Of a DNA stretch of 64,000 nt, positions 12,450 through 23,509 are shown in pieces. The notes under the pieces are model-generated. The model was not told the DNA's origin. It did no database searches and worked only from the letters and a program-made list of their open reading frames with translations. The first letter of the stretch is position 1; the number at the start of each line of letters is the position of its first letter. A program made the translations under genes and the position numbers. Origin of the DNA: an uncultured cyanobacterium (GTDB lineage: Bacteria; Cyanobacteriota; Cyanobacteriia; Cyanobacteriales; Cyanobacteriaceae); contig CAVQBA010000006.1 in assembly GCA_963710605.1 (NCBI GenBank), forward strand, positions 64,001 through 128,000. Direction: 5' to 3'.

Positions 12450-13526
12450 ATGACTGCAACTTTACAAATACCCACGACAAAACGTCGTGTAGTTTTTCCT
12501 TTTACGGCAATTGTGGGGCAAGAACAAATGAAACTTGCGTTACTACTTAATGTCATCGATCCTACCATTGGTGGTGTCATGATTATGGGCGATCGAGGTA
12601 CAGGTAAATCAACAACAATCAGAGCATTAGCTGATTTATTACCTGAAATTGATGTAGTCAATGGTGACTTTTACAATTCTTCTGCCGATGATTTAGAGTT
12701 GATGGGGGATGAAGTTAGAGAAAAAATTCAAAACCAAGAAGAATTAGAAATAGTTAAAAAGAAAGTACCGATGGTTGATTTGCCTTTAGGGGCGACTGAA
12801 GATCGAGTTTGTGGTACGATCGATATCGAAAAAGCCTTATCTGAAGGTATAAAAGCATTTGAACCGGGTTTGCTCGCTAAAGCGAATCGGGGTATTCTTT
12901 ATGTTGATGAAGTTAATCTTCTTGATGATCATTTAGTTGATGTTTTACTCGATTCTGCCGCTAGTGGCTGGAATACAGTTGAAAGAGAGGGTATTTCTAT
13001 TCGTCACCCTGCTCGATTTGTTTTAGTTGGTTCAGGTAATCCAGAAGAGGGTGAATTGCGTCCTCAGTTGCTCGATCGTTTCGGAATGCACGCAGAGATT
13101 AGAACAGTTAAACAGCCTGATTTAAGAGTCAAAATAGTCGAGCAAAGAGCCGATTTTGATCAAGACTCTCAATCATTTATGGCAGAGTATCAATCACAAC
13201 AAGAAGAATTACAAGAAAAACTAGTTAAAGCACAACAACTTTTACCTAAAGTAAATATTGATTACGATATTAGAGTTAAAATCTCGGAAATCTGTTCTGA
13301 ATTAGACGTAGATGGATTAAGAGGAGATATAGTTACTAATCGTGCCGCTAAAGCCATTGCCGCTATGGAAGAGCGTACTGAAGTGACTATTGATGATGTT
13401 CGTCGGGTTATGCCTTTATGTTTACGTCATCGCCTCAGAAAAGATCCCTTAGAAACGATCGATTCAGGATATAAAGTAGAAAAATCGATTAACCGTGTCT
13501 TCGGTTTAGATATAGAAGAAGAGTAA
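12450..13526 (+). CDS. chlI: Magnesium chelatase ATPase subunit I
   Basis: GDRGTGKS Walker [21 protein letters not shown]. Confidence 0.97.
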   Translation: MTATLQIPTTKRRVVFPFTAIVGQEQMKLALLLNVIDPTIGGVMIMGDRGTGKSTTIRALADLLPEIDVVNGDFYNSSADDLELMGDEVREKIQNQEELEIVKKKVPMVDLPLGATEDRVCGTIDIEKALSEGIKAFEPGLLAKANRGILYVDEVNLLDDHLVDVLLDSAASGWNTVEREGISIRHPARFVLVGSGNPEEGELRPQLLDRFGMHAEIRTVKQPDLRVKIVEQRADFDQDSQSFMAEYQSQQEELQEKLVKAQQLLPKVNIDYDIRVKISEICSELDVDGLRGDIVTNRAAKAIAAMEERTEVTIDDVRRVMPLCLRHRLRKDPLETIDSGYKVEKSINRVFGLDIEEE

Positions 13527-13615
13527 TTAATACCACTGCTATTTCCTCTTAGGAATCTAAATTAGGTACTTACATTAGTTAATTAGCAAAACCAAAACTA
13601 AAACCCAACAAATTA

Positions 13616-13651
13616 CCCCGCTTAAAGCCAAAGATTAAACTTTAAACGGGG
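13616..13651. terminator. Hairpin between convergent genes (candidate bidirectional terminator)
   Basis: CCCCGCTTAAAG...CTTTAAACGGGG, 11 of 12 stem pairs. Confidence 0.55.
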
Positions 13652-13791
13652 ATGATTTTTAGATGATGACTATTGAAGTTATTCTTGAGAATCAAAATTT
13701 ACTAGCTAAGCACAATTGAAAAATGATTAGCACAGAAATAATGTAATCTAATAACTAAGATAGATAAATTTATCAAATCACAAAATATTGA

Positions 13792-13974
13792 TTATTGCTG
13801 ATCTTGTTGTTCAGACTTATTTTCATCTTTTTCTTCATCTTTCTTCTGGAAACCTCCATTTCCATATCCTCTACCACGACGAGAAGAGTAACGAGATTGT
13901 TTTTTACGGAATTTTCGAGCGTAAGCTTTATTTCTTTCAGCTTTTTCTTTTTTCGGATTTGGACGCTTTGACAT
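13792..13974 (-). CDS. Small basic hypothetical protein downstream of rbp
   Basis: 60 aa, Lys/Arg-rich N-terminus and acidic tail; GAGG SD upstream of the ATG. Confidence 0.7.
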   Translation of the reverse strand: MSKRPNPKKEKAERNKAYARKFRKKQSRYSSRRGRGYGNGGFQKKDEEKDENKSEQQDQQ

Positions 13975-14116
13975 TGTTACCTCATTTATAGGACGTAATG
14001 CTTCTTGATCTTTATATTTGATTAAATCAACGAAGAAACATTATTATATCTCATCTCAAGTGTAACAGGATTTCATGTTTACACTATATCGATAATCTTA
14101 GAAACAAGAAGAGAAA

Positions 14117-14404
14117 TTATCGTAGCCGAGGATTACCACCACCACGATTAAAGTCTTTTTTCTCACGAGGTTTAGCTTTATTTACTCTTAATTCACGATT
14201 CATCCAGTCTGCACCATCAAGAGTTTCGATCGCTTTATCTTCTTCTTCTTCCGATGCCATTTCCACAAAGGCAAAACCTCTTACACGACCTGTTTCACGA
14301 TCTGTGGGAATATGTACTCTATTCACTGTTCCATATTCAGCGAATACTTCTTTTAAAGTTTCAGAAGTAACTTCATAGGGAAGATTTCCTATATAAATTG
14401 ACAT
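14117..14404 (-). CDS. rbp: RRM RNA-binding protein (Rbp family)
   Basis: MSIYIGNL (RNP2) and RGFAFVEM (RNP1); start reassigned to ATG at 14404. Confidence 0.95.
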   Translation of the reverse strand: MSIYIGNLPYEVTSETLKEVFAEYGTVNRVHIPTDRETGRVRGFAFVEMASEEEEDKAIETLDGADWMNRELRVNKAKPREKKDFNRGGGNPRLR

Positions 14405-14784
14405 GATGATTGTTTTTACGTAATTAAAATTATTTGTAGAGGGCGATAGAGATACTAGAAAACGGTCTGCGTTCCAAGTCAATAGACTTATACTTAAATA
14501 CTATCAATACTGAAAACAAACACTGCTATTAATCTTTAACTATCGACTTAATTGTAACATTGATTAGGCTACAATTACAACTCACTAATTATTATCATAT
14601 CGATAAAATGAAGAATTAATAATTAATAACTAATAAAAATAATGAGTACTTATTATACTTGTCTTCATGTGGATATCTATGTGCGTAGAAGATACACACC
14701 TGAGGAGGCTTCACTTGTGTTCGCAATTATCAATAATCAATTGCTATAGTAGATAGAGTAATCCCACGATAAGATTAAATAAGT

Positions 14785-16221
14785 ATGGATGAGTTACAGT
14801 GGCAAGAAGAAGACTGGGATAATACTATTTTAGATTTTGCCAACTTACAAGGCGAAATTAATTATCAAAAAGCACAAGAATCTTTACAAAATTTACTCAC
14901 TAATTTAGATTTAAAAGAAGAAGAGAAAACAGGGTTAGAAAAACAAATCAATCACCTCGAACAGATGTTAAATAATCTGGAAAACTCTGTAATTCAAATA
15001 GCCGCTTTTGGGATGGTAGGCAAAGGTAAATCTAGTGTTTTAAATGCTTTAATTGGTCAAGATTTGTTTATAACCGGACCATTACATGGTGTCACTCGTG
15101 AGATAGATAAAGGTAATTGGCATTTAGGTAAACATGATTTTGCTAATAGTCAATTTCCAGTTCAAAAATTAATTAAAGCCACTGAAAATGTTCAAATACA
15201 ATTACTAGATACCCCAGGGATTGATGAGATTGATGGCGAAAAATACGAAAAGTTAGCTCATGAAATTGCCCAAAATGTTGATTTAATTTTATTTGTGATA
15301 GCAGGAGATATTACACGAGTAGAATATCAAGCACTTTGCCAATTAAGAGAGGTGGGTAAACCGATGTTGTTAATCTTTAATAAAATCGATCAATATCCCA
15401 GTGCCGATCGAGAAGAAATTTATGCGACAATTAGAGACAAAAGGGTAAAAGAATTACTTTCTGCGGATGAGATTGTCATGGTAGCGGCTTCTCCTTTGAT
15501 TACTATTGCTCAAAAAGATGAAGCAGGAAAATTAAATGTGACTCGTCAACGAGGTAAACCGCAAATAGAAGATTTACAACTCAAGATTTTGCAGATTCTC
15601 CATCAAGAAGGTAAATCTTTGGTTGCTCTTAATACGATGTTATCCACAGGAAATATTAATCAAAAACTAGTTGAGCAAAAATTTATTTATCGTTTTGAAG
15701 AAGCCGAAAAAATAATTCAAAAAACAGTGATTACTAAAGCAACTGCGATCGCTTTTAATCCTGTCACGGCGATCGATTTATTTACCGGTGCAATAATCGA
15801 TATAGCGATGATTTTAAGTTTATCTCACCTGTATGGTATTCCCATGACACAATCTAGTGCGGTCAAATTATTACAAAAAATAGCCGTAAGTTTGGGTAGT
15901 CTGACAATTAGTGATATTTTAGTTACCTTTGGTTTAAGTTCGCTTAAAGGGGTATTAGGTTTAGCCACTCCTGCTACAGGTGGATTAGCTGTAGTACCTT
16001 ATTTATCTGTAGCGGTTACACAAGGATTAATCGCTGGATTTTATACTTATACGATCGCTCAAGTTACAAAAACTTATTTAGCCAATGGTGCATCATGGGG
16101 AGAAAATAGTCCTAAAGCTGTGGTAGAAAACATCATCAATTCTTTAGATGAAACTTCAATCATAAACCGTATCAAATGGGAATTAAAAGCCAAATTAGGC
16201 AAACAAATCAAGAATAGATAA
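14785..16221 (+). CDS. GTPase with DUF697 domain (Era/HSR1-like)
   Basis: GMVGKGKSS, DTPG and NKID G-motifs; hydrophobic C-terminal DUF697-like region. Confidence 0.88.
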   Translation: MDELQWQEEDWDNTILDFANLQGEINYQKAQESLQNLLTNLDLKEEEKTGLEKQINHLEQMLNNLENSVIQIAAFGMVGKGKSSVLNALIGQDLFITGPLHGVTREIDKGNWHLGKHDFANSQFPVQKLIKATENVQIQLLDTPGIDEIDGEKYEKLAHEIAQNVDLILFVIAGDITRVEYQALCQLREVGKPMLLIFNKIDQYPSADREEIYATIRDKRVKELLSADEIVMVAASPLITIAQKDEAGKLNVTRQRGKPQIEDLQLKILQILHQEGKSLVALNTMLSTGNINQKLVEQKFIYRFEEAEKIIQKTVITKATAIAFNPVTAIDLFTGAIIDIAMILSLSHLYGIPMTQSSAVKLLQKIAVSLGSLTISDILVTFGLSSLKGVLGLATPATGGLAVVPYLSVAVTQGLIAGFYTYTIAQVTKTYLANGASWGENSPKAVVENIINSLDETSIINRIKWELKAKLGKQIKNR

Positions 16222-16250
16222 TATTGATAATTGAGAGAGTGCGAGAATAA

Positions 16251-16333
16251 ATACTTTTTACTTCTTACTTCTTACTTCTTACTCCTTACTCCTTACTCCT
16301 TACTCCTTACTTCTTACTTCTTACTCATTACTT
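16251..16333. repeat. Heptamer short tandem repeat (TTACTYC)n, STRR-type
   Basis: About 11 tandem copies of TTACTTC/TTACTCC. Confidence 0.9.
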
Positions 16334-16449
16334 TGCGACTCCTAAGTATTTTTCTGTAGTCGTGATTCAATTTAATGACGCAAATTGTTAAGATAGTTAC
16401 ACAGACAAACAACAAACATTTAGAATAAGAATATATATATTCAAAAACT

Positions 16450-16686
16450 ATGTCTTTAGCATTAACAGACGGTAACGTCGAAACAGTATTGGACGAATTA
16501 CGTCCTTATTTGATGGCAGACGGCGGTAATGTCGAACTTGTCGAAATTGAGGGACCTACAGTCAAGTTAAGATTACAGGGTGCTTGTGGCTCTTGCCCTA
16601 GTTCGGCAATGACTTTAAAAATGGGTATTGAACGTCGTTTAAGAGAGAAAATCCCCGAAATTTCTGAAGTAGAACAAGTATTTTAG
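16450..16686 (+). CDS. nfuA: NifU/Nfu Fe-S scaffold protein
   Basis: [14 protein letters not shown] and GACGSCPSS motifs. Confidence 0.93.
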   Translation: MSLALTDGNVETVLDELRPYLMADGGNVELVEIEGPTVKLRLQGACGSCPSSAMTLKMGIERRLREKIPEISEVEQVF

Positions 16687-16747
16687 AAACTTGATGATTG
16701 ATAATTGATAATTGATAGTTAATTTTTGTCAATTATCAATTTATTGA

Positions 16748-17266
16748 TTAAACTTTGGCTTCTAGAGATTTTAAATACTCAGTATTCACTCCCGATTCAC
16801 GAACTAGAGCTATTTTACCTGTACGAGCAATTTCTTTGACACCGAATTTAGTTAACATTGAGATAATTGCAACCATTTTACCGGGGTCACCTACCACTTC
16901 AAAGGTGAGACTATTATCAGACATATCGACCACTCTAGCACGGAAAATTTGAGCTATTTGTAGGGCTTCGTTACGATTATGGGTATCTGTACTAACTTTA
17001 ATTAACATCAATTCTCTTTCAACGCAAGGTGTCTTGGTGACATCTGTTACCTTCAGAACATTGACTAATTTATTTAGTTGTTTGGTTAGTTGCTCGATCG
17101 TATTTTCATCACCGGGTACAACCATTGTAATGCGGGAAATACCGTAAGTTTCGGCAGGTCCTACAGCTAGACTTTCAATATTAAAACCTCTACGGGCAAA
17201 TAAACCCGCTATTCTAGTCAGAACTCCTGCTTCGTCTTCTACTAGTACGCAAATAGTATGCTTCAT
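16748..17266 (-). CDS. ilvN: Acetolactate synthase small (regulatory) subunit
   Basis: [26 protein letters not shown] domain. Confidence 0.96.
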   Translation of the reverse strand: MKHTICVLVEDEAGVLTRIAGLFARRGFNIESLAVGPAETYGISRITMVVPGDENTIEQLTKQLNKLVNVLKVTDVTKTPCVERELMLIKVSTDTHNRNEALQIAQIFRARVVDMSDNSLTFEVVGDPGKMVAIISMLTKFGVKEIARTGKIALVRESGVNTEYLKSLEAKV

Positions 17267-17821
17267 TGATTGATATTTAAAGATTCGATTAGTAAATAAA
17301 ATTAACAGACTAAGGCTAATTTTTGGGTTGTCTTCTGCTATTGATTTAGCAATTAATTAAGCCCTTTATCTTAGCAAAATCTCTCCTATATCGCTACCAT
17401 TATGATTATTATTTAACGATCGATATTCTACTCACCTAATTATATTCTGGTTAGTAACTGTTCTCTAAATTAATCTCGACAATAATTGATAAATGTAAAA
17501 CAAATTTGCTTGATCTTGATTAAAACCATAAACTAAAATTTTGACTCGACAATTTGGGACAAAATAATAGTACAATCAAAAGATAATTTCACGTTATAAT
17601 ATCGTTACTGTTGTGTAGATTGAAAAGATATAAAAATTAATATACTTAAGTATTTTTACGCCGTAATAATTCAGTAAAATACAGTAAGTATAAAAGCAAA
17701 TATTACCTATATTTAAATAATAATTAAATAATCATCAACTAGTTATTTACAACTAAGGCAAATTTGACCGATAAAAGCACGATTAGTAAACAAAACAAGT
17801 TAAGAGAATCTAAAAAAAGCC

Positions 17822-19861
17822 ATGACTCAAACACCCATCTCTTCTTTTGATAATAAACAAGAAAAATTAAAAACGGCTCTTGTCAGTCCCGATTATTTTA
17901 ACCCCTTTGGTAACAAGTTAATTCAATCAGGATATATTGATAAAGAACAATTAAAAAATGCTTTAGTAAAAGTTCGCAATACCAACAAATCATTGGTAAA
18001 CGTTTTAGAAGAGATGACCAATAAAGCGTTATCTCCAGAATTGTTGAGGCAATATAAACAACATCATCTTTTTGAATTAAAAATATTATATGGTGTAGAT
18101 TCAGTCGATCCTGATACAGAAGAAATTCTTTCTGAGCAGATGGTTGATTTGATTGAATCAGTTATTGGTAGTCAGATTTGTGTCCGTCATAAGTTATTAC
18201 CTTTAAGGCGTTTAGAAACTGAACCACCGACGATCGTGATTGCAATGGTAAATCCAGATGATTTACAAGCATTAGATGACGTTAAAAGAAGATTACGCTC
18301 TAAAGGATTAGGAATTAGTCGAATTGTAATTACAGAAGAAGATTACAAAAGACTTTTAGATGAATTTTATGCTAACGAAAAACAAAGACAAAAAAGACAA
18401 GAAGAATTAAACGCTAAAAAAGAATCCGAAAGATTAGGTGATGTTAGCGATTTAGTTGATGACTTAGGAGAGCAAGGTTTAGATGAGGCGGCTGATGAAG
18501 GTGGAGATTTAGCTTCTACTGATGATGCGAATCAAGCTCCTATCATTAAATTAGTTAATAAAATTTTAATTAAAGCTTTACAAGAGCAAGCATCAGATAT
18601 TCATATTGAACCACAAGAAGAATTATTACGAGTTCGTTTACGTAAAGATGGTGTTTTAAAACAATACTTTACTTTACCTAAACACATTATTCCTGCGGTA
18701 GTAGCTCGTTTTAAAATTATGGGTGAATTAGACATTGCTGAGCGTCGTGTCCCTCAAGATGGCAAAATCCGAAGAGTATTCCAAGGACGAAATGTTGACT
18801 TTAGAATGAATACTCTTCCTAGTCGTTATGGGGAAAAAGTAGTCTTAAGGATTTTAGATAACTCAGCTACTCAATTAGGTTTAGATTTTCTAATTTCTGA
18901 TCCTGAAACATTAACTAAAGTTAGAGATGTTGCTAGTCGTTCTTTTGGTTTGATTTTAGTAACTGGCCCTACTGGATCGGGTAAATCCACGACATTATAT
19001 TCTGTATTAGCAGAAAGAAACGATCCAGAAGTTAATATCTCAACAGCCGAAGATCCGATCGAATATGCCTTACCCGGGATTACTCAGGTACAGGTAATTC
19101 GAGAAAAAGGAATGAATTTCGCTTCAATTTTAAGAGCATTTTTACGTCAAGATCCTGATATTATTCTGGTAGGGGAAACAAGAGACTCAGAAACAGCTAA
19201 AACAGCGATCGAAGCCGCTTTGACTGGTCACTTAGTCTTAACAACTCTTCATACTAACGATGCGGCAGGAGCGATCGCCCGTTTAGACGAAATGGGAGTT
19301 GAACCATTTATGATCTCAGGTGCATTACTAGGTGTATTAGCCCAACGTTTGATGCGTAAAGTCTGTAGCGAATGTAAAGAAGCTTATAACCCAACTAAAG
19401 AAGAATTAGCCCGTTTTGGCATGAGTTCGGCTAACGAAGATTCTATCACTTTTTATCGAGCAAAAACTTTGGATAAAAAACAATTAAAACAAGCCGAAGC
19501 TGATGGTACATTATGTTCTAAATGCGGTGGCGGTGGTTATAAAGGACGTATTGGGGTGTATGAATTTATGGTGATGAGTGAAAGACTCGAAAAACTAATC
19601 AACCAAGGTGCAACTACCGACATGATTAAAGAAGCCGCCGTTGATGAAGGGATGATTACGATACTTGCCTATAGTTTAAACTTAGTACGTGAAGGACATA
19701 CAACTTTAGAAGAAGTAGAAAGAGTAACCTTTACCGACTCTGGCTTAGAATCTGAACTTAAAGCTAAACGTAAAACATCTTTAACTTGCGAAAACTGCGA
19801 GGCTGAATTAAAACAAGATTGGTTAGATTGCCCTTATTGTTTGACACCTCGTTTTGCCTAA
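17822..19861 (+). CDS. pilB: Type IV pilus assembly ATPase PilB with C-terminal Zn ribbon
   Basis: GPTGSGKS; LRQDPDIILVGE; terminal CENC...CPYC typical of cyanobacterial PilB1. Confidence 0.96.
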   Translation: MTQTPISSFDNKQEKLKTALVSPDYFNPFGNKLIQSGYIDKEQLKNALVKVRNTNKSLVNVLEEMTNKALSPELLRQYKQHHLFELKILYGVDSVDPDTEEILSEQMVDLIESVIGSQICVRHKLLPLRRLETEPPTIVIAMVNPDDLQALDDVKRRLRSKGLGISRIVITEEDYKRLLDEFYANEKQRQKRQEELNAKKESERLGDVSDLVDDLGEQGLDEAADEGGDLASTDDANQAPIIKLVNKILIKALQEQASDIHIEPQEELLRVRLRKDGVLKQYFTLPKHIIPAVVARFKIMGELDIAERRVPQDGKIRRVFQGRNVDFRMNTLPSRYGEKVVLRILDNSATQLGLDFLISDPETLTKVRDVASRSFGLILVTGPTGSGKSTTLYSVLAERNDPEVNISTAEDPIEYALPGITQVQVIREKGMNFASILRAFLRQDPDIILVGETRDSETAKTAIEAALTGHLVLTTLHTNDAAGAIARLDEMGVEPFMISGALLGVLAQRLMRKVCSECKEAYNPTKEELARFGMSSANEDSITFYRAKTLDKKQLKQAEADGTLCSKCGGGGYKGRIGVYEFMVMSERLEKLINQGATTDMIKEAAVDEGMITILAYSLNLVREGHTTLEEVERVTFTDSGLESELKAKRKTSLTCENCEAELKQDWLDCPYCLTPRFA

Positions 19862-20000
19862 AAAGATAGAGATATATAGTATAGGTAACCGAAAAATTCG
19901 CACTATCACTATATTATTGATTCAAACTATAGATATTATCCTCATAGCTTAATCAGATTGAGCTATATTTAAACCAATTATTTAACCAAAAGGAAAAAAC

Positions 20001-21128
20001 ATGATGGATATAATGATCGAAGATTTGATGGAGCAACTAGTAGAATTAGGTGGCTCTGATATGCACATTCAAGCTGGCGCACCTGTTTATTTCCGTATTA
20101 GTGGTAAATTAACCCCTATTAATGACGAACTTCTTAGCCCTCAAGAATGTCAAAAGTTAATCTTTAGTATGCTAAATAATACTCAAAGAAAAACCTTAGA
20201 ACAAGAATGGGAACTAGATTGCTCTTATGGGGTGAAAGGTTTAGCTCGTTTTCGGGTTAATGTTTATAAAGAAAGAGGTTGTTACGCCGCTTGTTTGCGA
20301 GCATTATCCTCAAAAATACCTAACTTTGATCAATTAGGATTACCTGATATTATCAAAGATATGAGCGATCGTCCTCGTGGTTTAATTTTAGTGACAGGGC
20401 AAACAGGCTCAGGTAAAACAACAACCTTAGCGGCGATGTTAGATTTAATTAATCGAACTCGTGCAGAACATATCTTAACAGTTGAAGATCCGATCGAATA
20501 CGTCTTTAACAACGTCAATAGCCTTTTTCATCAACGTCAAAAGGGAGAAGATACCAGAAGTTTTGCGAATGCCCTGCGAGCCGCTTTAAGAGAAGATCCT
20601 GATATCATACTAGTAGGTGAGATGCGAGATTTAGAAACGATTTCTCTAGCTATTAGTGCCGCTGAGACAGGACACTTAGTTTTTGGGACACTTCATACTA
20701 GTTCAGCCGCTGGTACAATCGATCGGATTATTGATGTTTTTCCTGCCGCCGAGCAAGCTCAAATCAGAGCCATGCTTTCTAACTCATTATTAGCCGTGTT
20801 TGCTCAATGTTTACCGAAAAAACAAAACCCCAAACCCGGTGAATTTGGTCGAGCCTTAGCTCAAGAATTAATGATTATTACCCCAGCAATCGCTAACTTG
20901 ATTAGAGAAGCCAAAGCACCACAAATTTATTCGGCTATCCAAACAGGAGGAAAGCTGGGAATGCAAACAATGGAACAAGCTTTATCTAACCACGTAAAAA
21001 CGGGTACAATCTCCTTGGAAGAAGCATTAGCTAAAAGTGGTAAGCCAGAAGAGCTTAAACGCTTACTTGGTGGTTCGCTTGATGCTAGTAAAGGTAACAA
21101 CATGGTAGGACAAAAAAAACGTCGTTAA
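20001..21128 (+). CDS. pilT: Type IV pilus retraction ATPase PilT
   Basis: GQTGSGKT; ALREDPDIILVGEMRD; AIANLIRE. Confidence 0.97.
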   Translation: MMDIMIEDLMEQLVELGGSDMHIQAGAPVYFRISGKLTPINDELLSPQECQKLIFSMLNNTQRKTLEQEWELDCSYGVKGLARFRVNVYKERGCYAACLRALSSKIPNFDQLGLPDIIKDMSDRPRGLILVTGQTGSGKTTTLAAMLDLINRTRAEHILTVEDPIEYVFNNVNSLFHQRQKGEDTRSFANALRAALREDPDIILVGEMRDLETISLAISAAETGHLVFGTLHTSSAAGTIDRIIDVFPAAEQAQIRAMLSNSLLAVFAQCLPKKQNPKPGEFGRALAQELMIITPAIANLIREAKAPQIYSAIQTGGKLGMQTMEQALSNHVKTGTISLEEALAKSGKPEELKRLLGGSLDASKGNNMVGQKKRR

Positions 21129-21273
21129 GATTAATTGATTATTAATTTTGAGGAAGCTGTTTTCTTTTCTATAGTTTTGACTAAACCGTAGGTAGATAAG
21201 TTTCCTTAGATTTAATTATTAATTACAAATTATAAATTATAAATTATTAATTATGTAAAGAGGTATCACAACT

Positions 21274-22488
21274 ATGGCTACTTATATCGTTCAAGTTAAA
21301 GATAAAGCAGGAAACCTATTTCAAGAAAGAGTGGTTGCCGATTCTCAAGACGAAGCTAGAAGAATTTTACAAAAAAGATTTCCCGCAGTCGGTAAAATTA
21401 AAAAAGCAGGAGTTGACTTTGATTTAGCTAGTATTGAAGCGGCTTTAAGTAATGTTGGTGTAAAAGATAAAGCTATTTTCTCTCGTCAGTTTGCTGTTTT
21501 GGTTAATGCTGGGGTAGCAATTGTTCGCTCTTTGGGAGTATTAGCTGAGCAATCAGGAAATCCTAAATTTAAAAAAGCTCTAACTATCATCAGTGAAGAT
21601 GTTCAACAAGGAACAAATTTGTCTGAAGCGATGGCGAAACATCCTGATTGTTTTGATCAATTATATGTAAGTATGGTTCAAGCAGGAGAAACAGGTGGTG
21701 TACTCGATGAGGTTATGAATCGTCTTGCTAAACTATTAGAAGATGTTGCTCGTTTACAAAACCAAATCAAATCAGCAATGGCTTACCCTGTTACCGTCGG
21801 CATTTTTGCGGTACTTGCTTTTTTGGGGATGACCATTTTTCTTATACCTGTATTTGGAGATATTTTTACTCAGTTAGGAGCGGAATTACCTCTTTTAACC
21901 CAAACAATGCTTACTTTGAGCGATTTTCTCCGAAGCCCAAAAATAATTTTTCCGATCGTTGTCTTTATTGGTATTGTAATTGGTTTTCGTACATATTATA
22001 AAACACCGATGGGCAGGTTACAGATTGATCAAGTTTTATTGAAAATGCCTATCTTTGGTGATTTAAACGAAAAAAGTGCTGTAGCTCGTTTTTGTCGAGT
22101 CTTCGGTACACTGACTCGTTCTGGTGTACCCATCTTACAATGTTTGGAGATTGTGCAAGATACTATTCCTAATAAAGTAATTGCTAACGCCGTAGGTGGT
22201 GCTAAAGATGCAATTCTAGAAGGTGGTATGCTCAGTGTAGCGATCGGTAGTAAAAATGTATTTCCGCCAATGGCAGTACAAATGATGATGATTGGGGAAG
22301 AAACAGGGGAATTAGATGCAATGATGATGAAAGTTGCTGACTTTTACGAAGATGAAGTAGAACAAGCTGTAAAAGCTTTAACCAGTGTAATCGAACCGTT
22401 AATGATGGTTGGGATTGCGGGAATGGTTGGTACTATTTTGTTATCAATGTATTTACCAATGTTCTCTATTTTCGATCAGTTAGGTTAA
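21274..22488 (+). CDS. pilC: Type IV pilus platform protein PilC (GspF family)
   Basis: AGETGGVLDEV and GEETGELD motifs; operon with pilB/pilT. Confidence 0.96.
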   Translation: MATYIVQVKDKAGNLFQERVVADSQDEARRILQKRFPAVGKIKKAGVDFDLASIEAALSNVGVKDKAIFSRQFAVLVNAGVAIVRSLGVLAEQSGNPKFKKALTIISEDVQQGTNLSEAMAKHPDCFDQLYVSMVQAGETGGVLDEVMNRLAKLLEDVARLQNQIKSAMAYPVTVGIFAVLAFLGMTIFLIPVFGDIFTQLGAELPLLTQTMLTLSDFLRSPKIIFPIVVFIGIVIGFRTYYKTPMGRLQIDQVLLKMPIFGDLNEKSAVARFCRVFGTLTRSGVPILQCLEIVQDTIPNKVIANAVGGAKDAILEGGMLSVAIGSKNVFPPMAVQMMMIGEETGELDAMMMKVADFYEDEVEQAVKALTSVIEPLMMVGIAGMVGTILLSMYLPMFSIFDQLG

Positions 22489-22757
22489 TAATCAACAATT
22501 TTTCAGTACGAGAATTGACAATTAATAATAGTTTAGTAAGTAGCTAACCTAAATAAAAGAACGTTTGTAGTTACCCCTAATGGTGTCTAAAAAGCTATTA
22601 AGATAAGGGCAATAGCCCTAACTCTAATATTTTTGACGTTTAATTAATTGGGGCTAGTTAATCTTCACTGACTATTATTAATGTCTTGTTTTAATTGACT
22701 AAAGTTATCACTACAAGTTTTTATACCTCAACTATCAATTATTAAATATCATCGATC

Positions 22758-23348
22758 GTGTCTATCAAAAAATCTGATTACGAAAATGTTTTAGCCGATT
22801 ATACTAACAGAGTCTCAGTTGCATCTTTATTAAAAGAGCATCGTGAATACATGGAGATGATTCCTAGTATGAGAAGAGTAAAAGATAGTATCGTCACAAT
22901 ACCTCTACCTTTAGCAAAAATTCGTTCTGTACGATCGACTTTAAATCAATCGACAAATATTCTGCCGAATCAAGAACAAATAACTTCTATCCCTTGTGAT
23001 ATAGCTATATTAATGTGTGATCCTGAATGGAAGATCAAAATAGGAGTTGAGATTTTGATTTTTATTCATCGCCCTGAAGAAGACTTTTCCGATTTACTCA
23101 AACGTTGGCGACAATCACAAATATATTTACATCAACCATACGAATGGATAATGCCCACAAACGAACAACATATGTTTAGCGACATTGCTGAGCAAATTTT
23201 ACCCCTTTTTATTATTTTTCCTCAAACCCCCGATCGAATTAAAAAAGGTTTAAATGGTACTGGTTTACCTTATATCGAATACATTAATCAATCAGCAGAT
23301 AATAACGATCGTATTTTAGAAGAAGAAGAATCTGCGACTACTAATTAA
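22758..23348 (+). CDS. Conserved cyanobacterial hypothetical protein
   Basis: 196-aa ORF with a conserved-looking LMCDPEWKIKIGVEILIFIHRP motif. Confidence 0.75.
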   Translation: MSIKKSDYENVLADYTNRVSVASLLKEHREYMEMIPSMRRVKDSIVTIPLPLAKIRSVRSTLNQSTNILPNQEQITSIPCDIAILMCDPEWKIKIGVEILIFIHRPEEDFSDLLKRWRQSQIYLHQPYEWIMPTNEQHMFSDIAEQILPLFIIFPQTPDRIKKGLNGTGLPYIEYINQSADNNDRILEEEESATTN

Positions 23349-23509
23349 TTATATCGATCGATTGATCGTCTCTTGTCATGCAACGTCTTTGTTTGGGAAT
23401 TATACCCTCGATTTTTAAGCTCAGGAGCAAACCACAGCCAAACACTAATTTAAGATATAATTAATGCTTGACAATTGATAAGAATATTTAATTAACACAA
23501 AGAAAATTT

